Source of the DNA: Piedraia hortae CBS 480.64
Taxonomy: Eukaryota
Assembly (NCBI GenBank): GCA_010093745.1
Contig: MU006021.1
Span: forward strand, 1-64,000
Length of the DNA: 64,000 bases
Direction: 5' to 3'
Shown here in pieces: positions 36,872 through 49,316 of this stretch. Positions within the stretch are counted from its first letter, which is position 1. Each line of letters begins with the position of its first letter. The notes below the pieces were generated by a model. That model did no database searches, had not been told where the DNA came from, and saw nothing but the letters and a program-made list of their open reading frames with translations. The position numbers were made by a program, and so were the translations under genes.

Positions 36872-39508
36872 CTAATCAATCCCCCACTTCTTATCAAAGA
36901 TGATTCTCTGGCTCATGGCCGCGTTGAGGATCCAATCGTTCCTCACCACACGGGCTTCCAAACCTTGCTTTTCTGCCGTCGCCCGGAAGGTAGCGCATAT
37001 CTTCTTCTCGGGCGCCGACGTCCCGGAAACGAGGTAAACACGGTCTTCATCACCCGCTTCCTGCTCTTGGTTTTCCCTTTCCGGTGCATCACCGTCAGCT
37101 TCGGTCCAACGAATGCTCAGGGTCGTTCCGGCCTTTCCTTGATACAACTGCGCTTCGCCGCCGTTAAGGGTGATGATTTCCTTGTACGTTTCGAAGCCAC
37201 CGGGAACCTTTTCAGTAACGTAGATGGTCCAGCCCCTGAAGAGACGGCGCTGGTTGGCTTTGGCGCGCTGGAGGGCTTCGCTCAGTTTGAAGCCCAGCCG
37301 CTGCTCCGATGCAACGTCAACAAGTAACGGTGGGTTTTTAGTCAGCTGATTCCGCTCCAGCGCGTTGTCGAGGTAGCTGGTTTCTACGACAAGGGGTGCA
37401 CAGGCCAATGCGGCGACGAACTTGCGTGTCCGCAGGATCTTGGGTGCGACCAAGACGTCTACGTCTCTGGGGTCTTGGGTGAGTTGCACACCCAGCATGC
37501 GGAGTCTCGATTTCGCAGCTTCCTCCTCTTTGGGCTTGTCCACCCACCGATCATCGCCCGTGACCATGAGTTTTTGCTGAACCGGCGGCTCGATTTTCGC
37601 CTTTTTGGCCGCCTTCTTCCCCTTGTTCTCGCCTTCGATCCCGTCTGCCGTCCCCTCGCGACTTGTTCCTTCGCTTCGTGCGCGTTTCTTCTTGGTTGCT
37701 GGCCCGGGAGACTCCTCTATCGACTGTCTTCTTCCCCCATGCAGTACACCCCCTTTGCGCTTCATTTCTTTTTGGAAAAGCGCAATGTCTTCGGCTTGCT
37801 TGTGCATGACATTGAGGGCATGCAGCTTGGATGCACGACCGCTGCTAAGTGGTATCGGTGACGCAGAGGTTTCGGCTTGACGGGGAGTGGATACCGCCTT
37901 GGAGCGAGGCGTTTTGCTGGGCTGTTGTTTGGGGTCATCTTCTGCAGTGTCACTATCGCTGGGAGCTGCTGCTGCTGCTACCTTCTTCTTCTTTGCAGGT
38001 ACCTTCTCTTTCACGGGTGAGTTTTCCCTTGCGGGTACTTTTTCCCGCACAGGGATGGCCTCCAGCGCGCGCGAGGACGTGACTTCTTTCGTCGGCGATG
38101 ATTCTTTCGCCACCGGCTTCTTGATTTTCACTGGCGAGACCTGCGTCCTGACAGGTTTTGGCTTTGGAAAGTATACTTCCTCGATCCGATCCATGTCGAG
38201 CGGGACCTGCCCGCAAATTTCACCCAGGTTGGTGTTGGCCGGGAACGTGGTGTATTTGGGATTTGTCAGACTTTGCAGTGCACATTTGGCGTAACTCTCT
38301 TCTAGCCAGAGATGATTTACAATGTTCATGTTCCATTCTTGGGCCGCCTCGCACTTTTCGCTTTGCGTGTGTGCCGTGACGAGATGAGTATTGTCCTGTT
38401 TCATCGAGCGCGTGAATTGGGCCCCGAGGCTGGTAATCAGGTTCTCTAGATAAGTGCGAGAATCACCGACGTAATTCGAGACGCTGATTCGCAGCTTCTC
38501 GAACCCCGGGATACCCGATCGCGGCACGGGATAATGCAATAGCTTACTGGCTGGGTTAGTGTATCTATTATTGTTGATAACATTGTACAGCCATGCTAGG
38601 TTGGCAACCTCTTTCTTGTCTCTTGACGCCTTTACGTAGTCTACAGCGTCTCGGTAGCGCCCGATGTAAAGATCAGCCTCATCCAGATCCTCCGTGACGG
38701 TGGCACCGCCATGTTCCAGTAGCTCTGAAAGCGTTTCCTTCAGATGAGGACTGAGCGAGAGATCAGACGACAGCTTAATCGTCCGGCCCTTGAGGGCAGT
38801 AAAGCCTTTCCTGGCCCAAGAGGGTGACGGGGCGTCGGAGGAGCGGGGTTGGGCAGCTGTTGCCCCGGCCAACTGAGGAAAATCCCCAGGCACGGGCTTC
38901 AGGTTTGACGTGCGCAGATACGGTGGATCAGGTAAAAGATAAGGATCTTCGCTGATCTTCTTACCAAGCTTAAAGCAATCGTCGAACCAATGTGGCAGCA
39001 CGATTTTGCAGCTAGGAAGTTTTGCACTGGCCCCCTTGCACTTTTCATGGTTGTAGTCTGTCGCTACCAAGTGCGTTACCTGTCTGGTAAGAGGGGCGTT
39101 GTACGACCCACCCAGCGCAACGACCCCGGCATGTATCGCGTCCTCATCGGCCTCTGGCAGACCTGCGAAACAGACGACGATGTCTTGAAGGTACTGGCTG
39201 GGATCGGGTGAGTGCTGTCTCGTTCCCACGAGTTTGTGCCTCGTTATGCATTGATGCACCCAAGACGGCTTCACCGTTTGGATTCCTCGGTCAATGGTTT
39301 CGCGGTATTGGGGAAAATCGATGTTGGTGGACAGGATATGCGTCAGGCTGTCCAGACTCGCTTTCTGTTCATCCTCTGCTAACGATACACGCCGGGCTCC
39401 ATGCGATTCCAGCAAGTCAGCCGCTTTCGCCAGCCCTCCTTCCTCGTCTCCTGGCGCGATCGCAAACACAACCTCCTTGAACAGCGTCGCCTCATTCTCC
39501 GCAGCCAT
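36872..39508 (-). CDS. RTT107: Multi-BRCT DNA repair scaffold Rtt107/Brc1
   Basis: Four N-terminal BRCTs (VKPSWV, VLPHWFDDC, ANLAWLY, VNHLWLEESY) and a C-terminal pair (ILRTRKFVAALA); likely start MAAENEAT at 39508. Confidence 0.9.
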   Translation of the reverse strand: MAAENEATLFKEVVFAIAPGDEEGGLAKAADLLESHGARRVSLAEDEQKASLDSLTHILSTNIDFPQYRETIDRGIQTVKPSWVHQCITRHKLVGTRQHSPDPSQYLQDIVVCFAGLPEADEDAIHAGVVALGGSYNAPLTRQVTHLVATDYNHEKCKGASAKLPSCKIVLPHWFDDCFKLGKKISEDPYLLPDPPYLRTSNLKPVPGDFPQLAGATAAQPRSSDAPSPSWARKGFTALKGRTIKLSSDLSLSPHLKETLSELLEHGGATVTEDLDEADLYIGRYRDAVDYVKASRDKKEVANLAWLYNVINNNRYTNPASKLLHYPVPRSGIPGFEKLRISVSNYVGDSRTYLENLITSLGAQFTRSMKQDNTHLVTAHTQSEKCEAAQEWNMNIVNHLWLEESYAKCALQSLTNPKYTTFPANTNLGEICGQVPLDMDRIEEVYFPKPKPVRTQVSPVKIKKPVAKESSPTKEVTSSRALEAIPVREKVPARENSPVKEKVPAKKKKVAAAAAPSDSDTAEDDPKQQPSKTPRSKAVSTPRQAETSASPIPLSSGRASKLHALNVMHKQAEDIALFQKEMKRKGGVLHGGRRQSIEESPGPATKKKRARSEGTSREGTADGIEGENKGKKAAKKAKIEPPVQQKLMVTGDDRWVDKPKEEEAAKSRLRMLGVQLTQDPRDVDVLVAPKILRTRKFVAALACAPLVVETSYLDNALERNQLTKNPPLLVDVASEQRLGFKLSEALQRAKANQRRLFRGWTIYVTEKVPGGFETYKEIITLNGGEAQLYQGKAGTTLSIRWTEADGDAPERENQEQEAGDEDRVYLVSGTSAPEKKICATFRATAEKQGLEARVVRNDWILNAAMSQRIIFDKKWGID

Positions 39509-40146
39509 AGTTTCCCTGGTTCCAGGCTGCCTGGAGATATCCCATGCGATCAACTTCTTGACCTTCTCTTGTCGCGCGTCGCGTCGCGTTGCGTCGCTAT
39601 CGGATTTAATTCCGCAGACCTTCGCGCCACACGTTTCCACCCCCGAGAGGCCGGCCTCTGTAGGGCTGGAAGGTGTGTTGGCACATGGCAGGTTGGTCTC
39701 GAGAGAACATTCACCCGCCATGTCACCCGCCATGTGTCAGCAACTGTCCAATCTGGAGATCCAGACGTCCAATTTACAAGTTGTTTGCCATGAGTCACGA
39801 TTATCTTGGGTGGCACCCAAGTCAATCACCCCAGAAGCTGTTCAATATCAAATTGCGTACTTCGATGAGACTTGTTGGGTAGAAGTCAGAATCCAGAATG
39901 GTGTTATCCACTAAGAAAATCAAACCGTCTTCATTAGTGTTGATCAAGCACGCTCAAAAGTGTACCCCTACACAAAGCGACGAGCCGCCTCAGTCTTGCG
40001 CTTAGTGTGGCTCGAAGTGAAATAGCCCACGCCTTTGTAGGTATTTGGGTGTGGTACTTTGCATGCGCTGTTGCGTTTAATCATCATGTTTGGGTGAATC
40101 ACAACTCGCATTTAAGGAAAGATGTCTTAGCGATAGTGATGTCAAT

Positions 40147-40255
40147 GGCGTGGTAGCAAAGTGGTTAATGCGATTGACTAGAATATCCGTCATCACATGT
40201 CGGATTACGTGATCAATTCCCTTCGGGGGCGCAGGTTCGAGTCCTGCCCACGTCG
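40147..40255 (+). tRNA. tRNA-Ser(AGA) with 28-nt intron (40184-40211)
   Basis: Acceptor GGCGTGG/CCACGTC, anticodon stem ATTGA/TCAAT around CT-AGA-A, long variable arm CCCTTCGGGG, GGTTCGAGTCC T-loop, downstream T-run. Confidence 0.95.
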
Positions 40256-40436
40256 CTCTTTGCACATTTTTTTAAACTTTTCTTTTTAGGCCAGAGCGGT
40301 TTATCTGCACAGCCGCAACCTATACGATGACGAGCCCTCGTTCGCCGAACTTGAAAGCCATCGAGGCGTGAAGAGGCAATCTTGTTTTTGTCTGAACCAA
40401 AATGATGTGCCCGAATGTGTGCAATATGTAGTCCCT

Positions 40437-40579
40437 TGTCTTAATAAGCAGCGGCACCTCACAGGTGTGTCAGTATACACGCGTATCTAGAGTTACCCAA
40501 GAAAATTTCTGAGTACTCGAACCCTGGTCAGGGATGTGGGTCATCACCTGCGGATCGCTCCGCGGCGACCTGCACAACA
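40437..40579 (+). mobile_element. LTR family A copy
   Basis: Close match to 1202-1344; TG...CA; no matching TSD. Confidence 0.8.
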
Positions 40580-40779
40580 GAAACATCATATTGATTGTCA
40601 TTTCTACTTTGACATTTTTAAATCAGATCAGCAAGTGTTTGATCTTCGTCTCTTGTCTTATCATTTTCCTCGTCCAGATGAAGTTTAAACCCCCAAAACG
40701 TCATGTCGCCAACTCGGATGATGAGCTATTCATACTATTTCTCATGCTGACGATTGTCACGGCTGGTAATGTGGCTGGA

Positions 40780-41400
40780 CCATGCAGGTTTGTTGCCTTA
40801 CGAAAACGACAATGAAGTGCGTTATTTAAAAATCTACCTCCACACTATCTCGGGATAGAAAACTGCTTCTCGAATCGTTAGATTTATGCAAGAGGTTTCT
40901 CCCTCATCATTGGAATCACACATGATCACTATGACTGCTTTCGATAGTTGGCCGTCAGGCTTTTGACAATGCATTGATTGAGTGATTGAAAGATGCCAGT
41001 GGAATTTTTTGGGAGCCATATGATGGGTAAATTGGCAGCGGCTGGGTACTGCTATGCGGCAACGACATGGTGTTCCATATTGTCTATGGTCAGTACAACA
41101 GGGCTAGCGCTGACATTAAGTAAGAATCATTTAAACCACCCAATCGTTATTGCTGTATTCATCAGTACGACTTTGTTTCAGACCAAGTGTCCCCACTCAT
41201 TGTCGTTCCCGACAACATGTCGCAATCGAGATGCGGAACTCAAGAGCTTGAGCCCCGAAAGATAGTACCTTCTGGTGAAAAAAGCCCAATGGGTTGAAAT
41301 ATCGGTCATGTTAATGCGAGGGACAAGTACGATGCTCCCGACATTCCATGGGGCAACAATAAAGCATTACTCTGATACGAAGAACATCATATCCAGAATT
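40780..41400 (-). mobile_element. Degenerate pogo/CENP-B-like (DDE_1) transposase
   Basis: VVLTIDNMEHH...IIWLPKNSTGIFQSLNQCIVKSLTANYRKQ matches the DN..H and LPxNxT..QPLDQGII motifs; several stops; boundaries approximate. Confidence 0.8.
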
Positions 41401-43598
41401 GCCATCACAGTGGTGATGTGTTGCGAAATAACTTCCCATTCATTGCCATGTTGGGAATATCCAGCATTGATAAAGTAATTTCGAGATACAACCTTTCAAA
41501 CTGCTGGGCTGTCCATGATCAGCGTAATGCTTTGGCAAGTGAGATATCGTCTTCAAAGTGATCTTGCAAACAGAAATTTTGGGTACTAATTAGGGATGGA
41601 GCCAAGAACGGACTCCTCGGAGCCTATTGAGATTTAGATGTGTGTAAACAGGAAGCAGTCGGCGTTTTGGAACCAAAATAAAAGGATGCTGCAATGCCTT
41701 TCAGATGAATGCGGTAGATAGTCTGGTTCAATAGACCCCGGTCCTAGGCTAGGTAGAAAAATCGGTTAAGGTTGGGAAAATCTAAAAAAAGCAGTGTGGT
41801 CATTCGCGACCCTAGTGAGCGGAAACCTTTCCGCAATGAGGTCTTAGCGTCACACACAGATTTTTATTTGCTTCCGCAACGCACTGCGCTTTTTGAGTTT
41901 TCTTCGCGAGACTCTTTGCTTCAAGGTGCTTTGGATCTGGGGGACTGTTGTTAAGGGCTGCTCAGCACCCGACACACTGAGTAATGCTTGACGAGAGCGC
42001 TGGGAGGCCAACGCTGTCTGCCACCCGTCCCTCGTCCTCTGCTGCGTATGGCCGGTCTCATATGACCTTGCTCTGTCGGGATGGCTGCTCTGCATCCGAT
42101 AAAAGGAGTGTCGCTTGCGGAATAAGAGTACTGGGTGGCCGATGTCGTCTGCCATCCGCTACTCGTTCTCTACGTCAGTTGGCTGGACTCATTTGGTTTT
42201 ACTCTATTTAATTGCGTTCCAGGGTTTCAGACCAGATGACTGAATACCTACCATATGCATCGTAAGCCTATCGTCACTACCTAACCGCGGAAGTTTTCTG
42301 GCTACGCATCACCAAGTGCGAAGTCCGTGACTGGAGCGGGGTGGCGAATTGGCAATTCCTTTCCTTGGAAAGTTATTGATGGGGTACACGGCCAAACCCG
42401 CAAGATATGATATTGTATAAACCCCCGGCGTTATATGATATTGAACGAATTATCATATAATATTGTGCTTGGGCAACCTAATATTATGGGGATACTCCTT
42501 GAAGTATCATGTGAATATTCCCTAGCATCTCGCTGCAACATTTTATCACACACTACGATGATATTCCCAGGAATGTGATGAGAATGCTTTCAGAAGTATC
42601 ATGGTAATACTTCTCAACGCTGTACCGCAATGTCTTCCCGCACATTATGGAGGTGTTTTCTGAAATATCATTATTATATCGTTGGAATATGCTCGCGATA
42701 CTGGCTACCATGTCACTATGACGCTATCGCCTCGATATGCCAATTCAACAGCCTAGACCGTCTAGACGTCATACTCTTGAAAGCTCATGGGCTCATCAGA
42801 GCACCCAGATCCCAGCTGCTGCAAGATGCCCTCCCCACCATCATCCCTCTTCTCCCACCCGAACTCCTTTACATTCGTCCTCAAGATGATTTTCCTTGTA
42901 GATGTTAGCAGTGCAGTCGAGTAAGGGAAGGTAATATTGCTTTTCTTCTGCGGTCAGGGACTCATAGGCTTCATGAGAGCGATCGAAGAAGTCTTCGGAC
43001 GTCACTACGGCGTGTTCGGCTTTCCATCGCTACAAATCCTTGTCAGGCAGAGCAAAACATACAGTAGAGAAAAGATGTTGACATATCCAGATTGCAGCTG
43101 TCTCTGCCCGCTCGATTGGGCATTAAGCAGCAGCAAGCTTGCTTTTGGGCATGAGGCCCTTGACAACTTCCCAGAGGGTACCCTTCAGGGGAAGGCCCAC
43201 CAGCAGCTTTCGGAAGGCGAACATCACTGATGACTTGCAGCCAGCTCCAGCCACGACCGATGGCGCCGGATCGGGATCGAGGACAGCTTTGGCCACCAAG
43301 AACGCCTGGCAAGCGGTTTTCACCAACCAATACACTGTACATATGAGAAAGGGGATCTAACCGTGACAGACAGTGGACTTTCACACTTGGTGGAATCAAA
43401 CGGAGTCCAGTATAGTTGAAGGATGTGTCACGTGATGACCATGTACAACGTCCTTATGTATGGGGCACATATACAAAACAATTTATACTAGTTAAAGGGG
43501 ACGAACTAATAGTGTGAGTACACTAAAACATAAATAAAGCTTCACGCATGGTGAGGCCGCCGCGCTGACACTGGATAATTCATTTTTTGGAAGGACCA

Positions 43599-44905
43599 TC
43601 AATTTTGAACCACCCGACCCAGGGCAGCCTCCTGCTGCGCCAACCTGGCAATCTCATCTTGCTTATCAAAGCGCACCGTGAGCGCTTTGTTCTGTGCCTT
43701 TACCTCTAGAAGTTCTCGCGCCAAAACTGCCAGCTTGATATTGGGGTCTTCCTGATATTTTGATCAGCTCAGGGTGGCAGCATACATGTTAAGAAACCTC
43801 ACCCGGCAGAACTTGACGAGGTAATTGGCGTTATCGCTGTTAAGTTCGTCCATTCGGGCGTGAAACTCTCCGGTCGTTACTGGGGCTGGACGCAACGACA
43901 GGGAACTTGCCACCCGTTTGCGGCCAGGCTGGGTGACTGTTGGTTGTACTGGCTGTCCAGTGGGTGCAGACGCCAGCCGGCCACGTGTGGAACTTTGAAA
44001 CGGTACCGGTCGCCTAGAGGCATGTGGTATAGATGTTTCAGGTGCGGGGCCCTGGACGCGCGGGTTCGAAAAGCGCAATGTTGTTCCCGAGATGGCTTTA
44101 GTAGGCAAGGTCCTGGAGGACACGTTAGCCACGGTGTCAATTGGATCCAGCGAGAGTGCATCTGGTCGATCGGGTGAGGTGATTGCGCTTAGCGTCGATG
44201 GCCCTTTATTAGGTGGCAGGAGGTAAAGATTGTCAAAAGGATGTAGCACCCACCATGACCAGAACTATAGATAGAAGTCGAAACTTCTCAGGGTTTTTAC
44301 CTCTATAGAGGAAGTTTTCCCTGAGACGGGTCATTGTCTCGTTCATGCTTAAGGGCATGGTTCGCTGACGTTGTCCTGGCAAATGCGGTTAGACTGAGGT
44401 AGTGTGGGGGGGATTTTGAACCTCACCTCATAGAGATAGACATCTACATTTACACATGTTTCAGTAAAAGTTGAGTGAAAACTTTTGTCGTTGACATCCA
44501 CTCCGCTCTAGTCCTCGGAGGTTCACCCCTCCGACAAAGATCAATGTCGTCAAGACCTGACTCTGAACTCTTAAAATGAGAATCTTGTGAGGTCTGCGAC
44601 ATGAAAGCTTCTGAACCCTCGGACACGATGTCTTCTTCATCCGCAGAATTCGAGGTCGCCCTCTGCCCTGGCTCCTTACCTTTTCCTGTTGCTGGTCTTT
44701 GACCCTTGCCGCCTTTCTTGGACGGCTTTGTAACCGACTTGGCCGCCTTCTTACCACTTGCTGTTGTCTTTGTCTGCTTCTTTCCGCTTCCCACTTGCAT
44801 ATTCTGCTTCTTGCTGGCGGAAGTGGATTCTTGCGGAACGTCTGCATCGTCACTGTCGCTAAAATGCTCCAGTGCTTTGCGTTTCTCGCGCTGCCGTGTG
44901 TTCAT
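43599..44905 (-). pseudogene. Two-exon hypothetical gene interrupted by a solo LTR
   Basis: Removing the LTR plus one TSD restores GLDDIDL-YLLPPNK in frame; intron 43752-43802 (GTGAG..CTGAT..CAG) leads to coiled-coil-like EDPNIKLAVLARELLEV...VQN*. Confidence 0.75.
44231..44536 (+). mobile_element. Solo LTR, family D (306 bp), 5-bp TSD AAGAT
   Basis: TGTC...GACA termini; AAGAT at 44226-44230 and 44537-44541. Confidence 0.92.
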
Positions 44906-46052
44906 CGCGAGATAATCTGAGAAAAGCGAAATTAGGGAATCGGGGATGAGCGACGTTGTAGGGAATTGCGAGCTGGCCCGACCCGAGGAGGATACGTCTG
45001 GCGGGTGACAAGTCAGCCTATACGTGGTGTCGGCTACGAACCTGCCTACGCTACGACATTTGGCGGAGCTAAAAGGCCTCAACGGGTGATCTGGGTGCGC
45101 GTGCGCGTTTGCGTCTCCCTGTTCCTTCAAGGAACGTGGGCCCACAGCCCTCGCCATCCAGTAAGTGAGAACATCTCCGAGACGGAAGAGCTAAGTGGTG
45201 GAAGTGGCGCGAAGGTAGCCGCGTTACCTCAATGCCACGTCGACAGCGTGGATTAATTCCCATGCCGTCCTGCGGAGGTATTCTCTTTTCGAGCCAGGGC
45301 GTGCCCGGGCGCTTGACGTAAACGGAGCAGGGGAGGCTCTCCCAGATTTTCCCCTCGCTGAGGATATCTCCCTGCGGTTTGTGCGGTGCGTGCTCTTGGG
45401 GCCGCCACACGATGAATGGGCTTCTGCCAAATACATTCCGAGGCTGGGACATTCCCCGACCAAGGGGAAGGCACGCAACAGGATGGTTGAGAAAGCCCTA
45501 CAGGATAGATGTTCTAGCTGGGTTGGGCTCTCCTGTAATTATCCCGGACTAGCACGCCTGACGCGCGTCGGGAGGCCGCGGCCGGTCGTATGCTGCCATT
45601 TCCTCCATTGCATTTGAACATGAACAAAACGATAGCGAGAAGGCAGACACATCGAGGTTGGCGAGCGAGATAGAGTTTGTTCATTAGAGTTTGCAGCCTC
45701 ATAGAGGTGTGTGTAAAATAAGAAACAATGTAGGACATGTACCCATCGCAACACATCGATCACGTTTCTCTGGTATTCTTCTTGCAGCTGAACGTAATCT
45801 CTGCAACAAAAAGGCATCGTAAAACTCAGCACGACTAGAAGAACAGTCTGTGGTTGCAGAATATGGTCAGTGTTAGGGAAGTTATGGGAGCTCAAAGGGA
45901 TTGGGTCGTTTCTCGTAAACCGGTGAATTGTACTATATTCAAACATCTTATGAGTATCTGTTCAGGGCTACCATGAACATCTCAGAATTGCACTGCATCT
46001 CCGTCACGCTAAGCATGAATACACCCAAAAGCCACATCTAGGAACAGTCACA

Positions 46053-48060
46053 ATGCCAAGCTTTTGTCCCATCTGCCCACCAGGTCGCTCCAACAAGCCT
46101 TTTGGCCCTAAACATGCAGTCAAACATCTCGTTTCAGCGAAGCATGATAGGAACAAACGCGACTTGAGGATTGGCTCGGAAAAATGGCAAGACAACGAGC
46201 GTTGGTAAGAAGCAAATAGATCAAAGGCTCGACAGAATGCATCAAAAGCCGCCCTGAAAAGATCAAGGCAGCAGGCAAGAGAAATGGCAGCTTTAAAAGA
46301 CGCGCGGGCTGCAAACACAGTCCCATCATTTGCCATTGAAGATGATCATACAGAAGGTGATTTCTCGAGTTTGGGATGCCTGATAACACTAACGCACCGG
46401 TCGAAAATTGTCACTCTGGGGATAATCTACCCGAGTCTTTCGATATGCTCGATGTTACGGAGTTGCGCGTACAATATCTTGAAGATATACCAGAAGAGAT
46501 GAATATTTCGGATGAAAACTATTTCCAGCAAAGTCCGTTTTACAGCCGCGAAGACGAGAAATATTTTGCAGACGACTCTGACTGGCAGATTGATTGCGAT
46601 GGCGATTCTATGCATGATGAAGACGAGTAATATGTTGCAGACGTCTCCGACTGGCAGACTGAGAATTATGGCGCTTTTACGCATGGGGAGGACGAAATGG
46701 AGACGTCTCAATTCGGACCTGGTTGGCCGCAATTTGTGTCATCCTCAGAGTCCCAGTTTGTGCCACAGCCGGGATCCACGTTCAAAGAAGCTCCTCATTC
46801 ATGGTTCCCTGTAAAGTCTGAGACGCACGCTAAGCTTTTCTAATTCTTTAACTCACACAAGTTTCCTGTGAGTGATGTCAGGATGTCCCGCGTATTGAAT
46901 ATCATCCGTCTAATATTGGAGCTAGAGCGTCAAGCCCGAGGTGAGGTAAGTATACCATCTCTGAAGAGTCTGAACGCGACCCGCAAGGAAATTGCCCAAG
47001 CCAAGGTGCAACGGCACGAAAATTCTGAAAGGAAACCGTTATACGCATAGGAGGCAAGCAAGCCCAAATCCCCCATTGTCCAGAGACCCGAAGTCATAAC
47101 CACCGATGGAGCGCATACAGATTCACAAGGGTGTTATGAGCAGCTTTGGCATGGCGAAAAATGGAGATGGAAAAATATGAAATTGATGGTAAATCGGTAA
47201 ATATTTGGCTTGGAGACGTCGTGAAAATATCACATGGAGGAAGTGGTACCCAGTTTGGCATATTTTAGGACTGCGAAATACAATGTTCCAAGGGTAGGCA
47301 GGAGCGTGTAGCTAGAGCCATTCCATTGGTCTGGTCTGGTGAGCACTATCCGGGCTCCGGGAAGCCTATTTTACGCATTGCAACCAGACAGGGAGTGCCA
47401 ACCATCAACGAGAACTCCGTGATATCTTTGCTGCAAAGTGAGATTGTTGGCCATTCCGATAAAGCAAATTTTGCTTTTGCCTCCACGGACGGTCGCAAAT
47501 TCAAGCCAGAGTTTAAGAAGTTTCTCGACGAGGAGCACCCAGCTCGAAGAGATGTTGACACCAGGGGCATCGAACTTGTGCAGATGAACATCAGATCTGG
47601 AAGGATGGCGTTGGGTCAAAGAAAGACAAAAAGTTCCATCCATTGAACGTATGGACCATACGCCTCACCAGCCGTTCTCGTGAGGTAAGCAGCGTTATTG
47701 GTCATTATGATACATAGTAACCGTTACTCTGCAGGAAAACTACTACGCATCAAATATCCACACCATCGCTGTGGTTCACAAGATGAAGACTGTGAACATG
47801 GTGGAGACAATCAGAGAAGATCTGGTCCGCTTGCAGCGTGGGATCCTCGTATTCAACTCGGAAACCCAGCAGTACCAAATGCTATGCGGAGGGCTCGTCA
47901 TGATTGTTGTGATAACTCGGCAGCCTCCGACCTTTGTTCGCACATGTGGGGCTCCGACTTTTCTTGCCGGGTATGCCACCATGACCGTTCAGAGAACAGA
48001 CGTTGACGACACATAATTTGACCCATGGCATTGCGAACGCCGCACGAAGAGAGTCAAAGA
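46053..48060 (+). mobile_element. Degenerate CACTA/CMC-like transposase
   Basis: N-terminal CPIC..KHLVSAKH zinc finger, acidic linker, EQLWHGEKW, IWKDGVGSKKDKKFHPLNVW, DLVRLQRGILVFN, DNSAASDLCSHM..SCRVC; many stops and frameshifts; C-terminally truncated. Confidence 0.7.
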
Positions 48061-48219
48061 GCATGGGCTGCTGGGGGTGCGACAGCCCCTAACAGGATTT
48101 TTCAATCTTAGGGGTTTCAAACCACACCTGGTTATTCCTTATGACTTGCTGCACGGCGCCATGCTCGTGTGAATCAGATACTTGTGGTTGGATACCAAGA
48201 AAGACTCGGCAGTGAAGGG

Positions 48220-48462
48220 CGTTGGACGGCAGTTGTTGCGTAGCGTAATCGTTTTGAAGATGGAGTTTTTAACAAAGTTGTATATTCTGATGTTCAGCAG
48301 CGAGCTTATATACAAGTGGCTTCTGTGTTCAGACAGCCTCAAATATCACTTCATTGCCCCACAGTCCTCTTTATTATGCTCTTTGAGCATTTTGCTATAC
48401 AGGATTTTTTGTATGGTCTTTGTTATCAGGCCGAGGTATGGCACTGATACTTCTCAACAACA
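48220..48462 (-). mobile_element. LTR family B copy
   Basis: Close match to 23098-23342; no matching TSD. Confidence 0.82.
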
Positions 48463-49316
48463 TCATCATGGCACTGAATGACACTAGTAGAAAGTCACAT
48501 GGTGCGGCTCACCTAGCCGATGCAACCAGCCCTTTTTCGCCTATAACTTCACAACAAAAGGCCCTCCTCAATCAGTAGTCTGACAGTACAAAGTATTCTT
48601 CCGATAACGCTGAATAGAATGAACATATGTCGCATCGCATATGCAGAGTTGGAAAAGATCATTCGAAAAGAAGGCGTTTGACCGACTGCGGACCTGTTCC
48701 GTCTGGCTTTATAAGCTGTTATGTGTGTGTATTCTGTTTCAAGACGATAGACGCGTAAGTACGTACACAGAAGGCGTACACAGAAGGATGATAAGTTCTG
48801 TCGGAACAGATCCTCAGTGCCTCAAGCCACTTTTCTTTCGAATGATCTCCTTCAACGCTCCGTATGCGGTCTAATGAAATCCGCTATCAGGGTTACCTGT
48901 TGTACTGTCGAATTTTTGATTAAGGGTTTTGTTGTGAAGTTATGGGCAAGAAAGGGTCAGTTGCATCGATTAGATGGGCCCCAACATAGAACCGAGTTAT
49001 GGTAATGAGACGATTCTCGCTAAAAGTGCAACGGCAATATTACACAAGTGCGTCATGCTGCAGAGTAAACCTCTTGTCTGTTTCGGATACCTAGCCGTCA
49101 GCTGAGTAGTCTAGCCAGAGCATCCTCGTGTGCCAGTCTCGACGGCATATTGCATCCGCTCCGTCCACCTGCCCCAAAAGATTGTATTCACACACATCAT
49201 CGGATGGTTTTATGCATGCACGCCACTAAGAATACCCCGCCTCATCAGACCTCAGCCTTGTGCCAGTCGGTACTTTCTCCAGTTTTCTTTTCTCACCACA
49301 TTTCATCGTGTACAGC

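Noticed and set aside
41946..42285. Possible additional LTR starting TGTTGTTAAG
   Set aside because: No CA end, TSD or second copy found.
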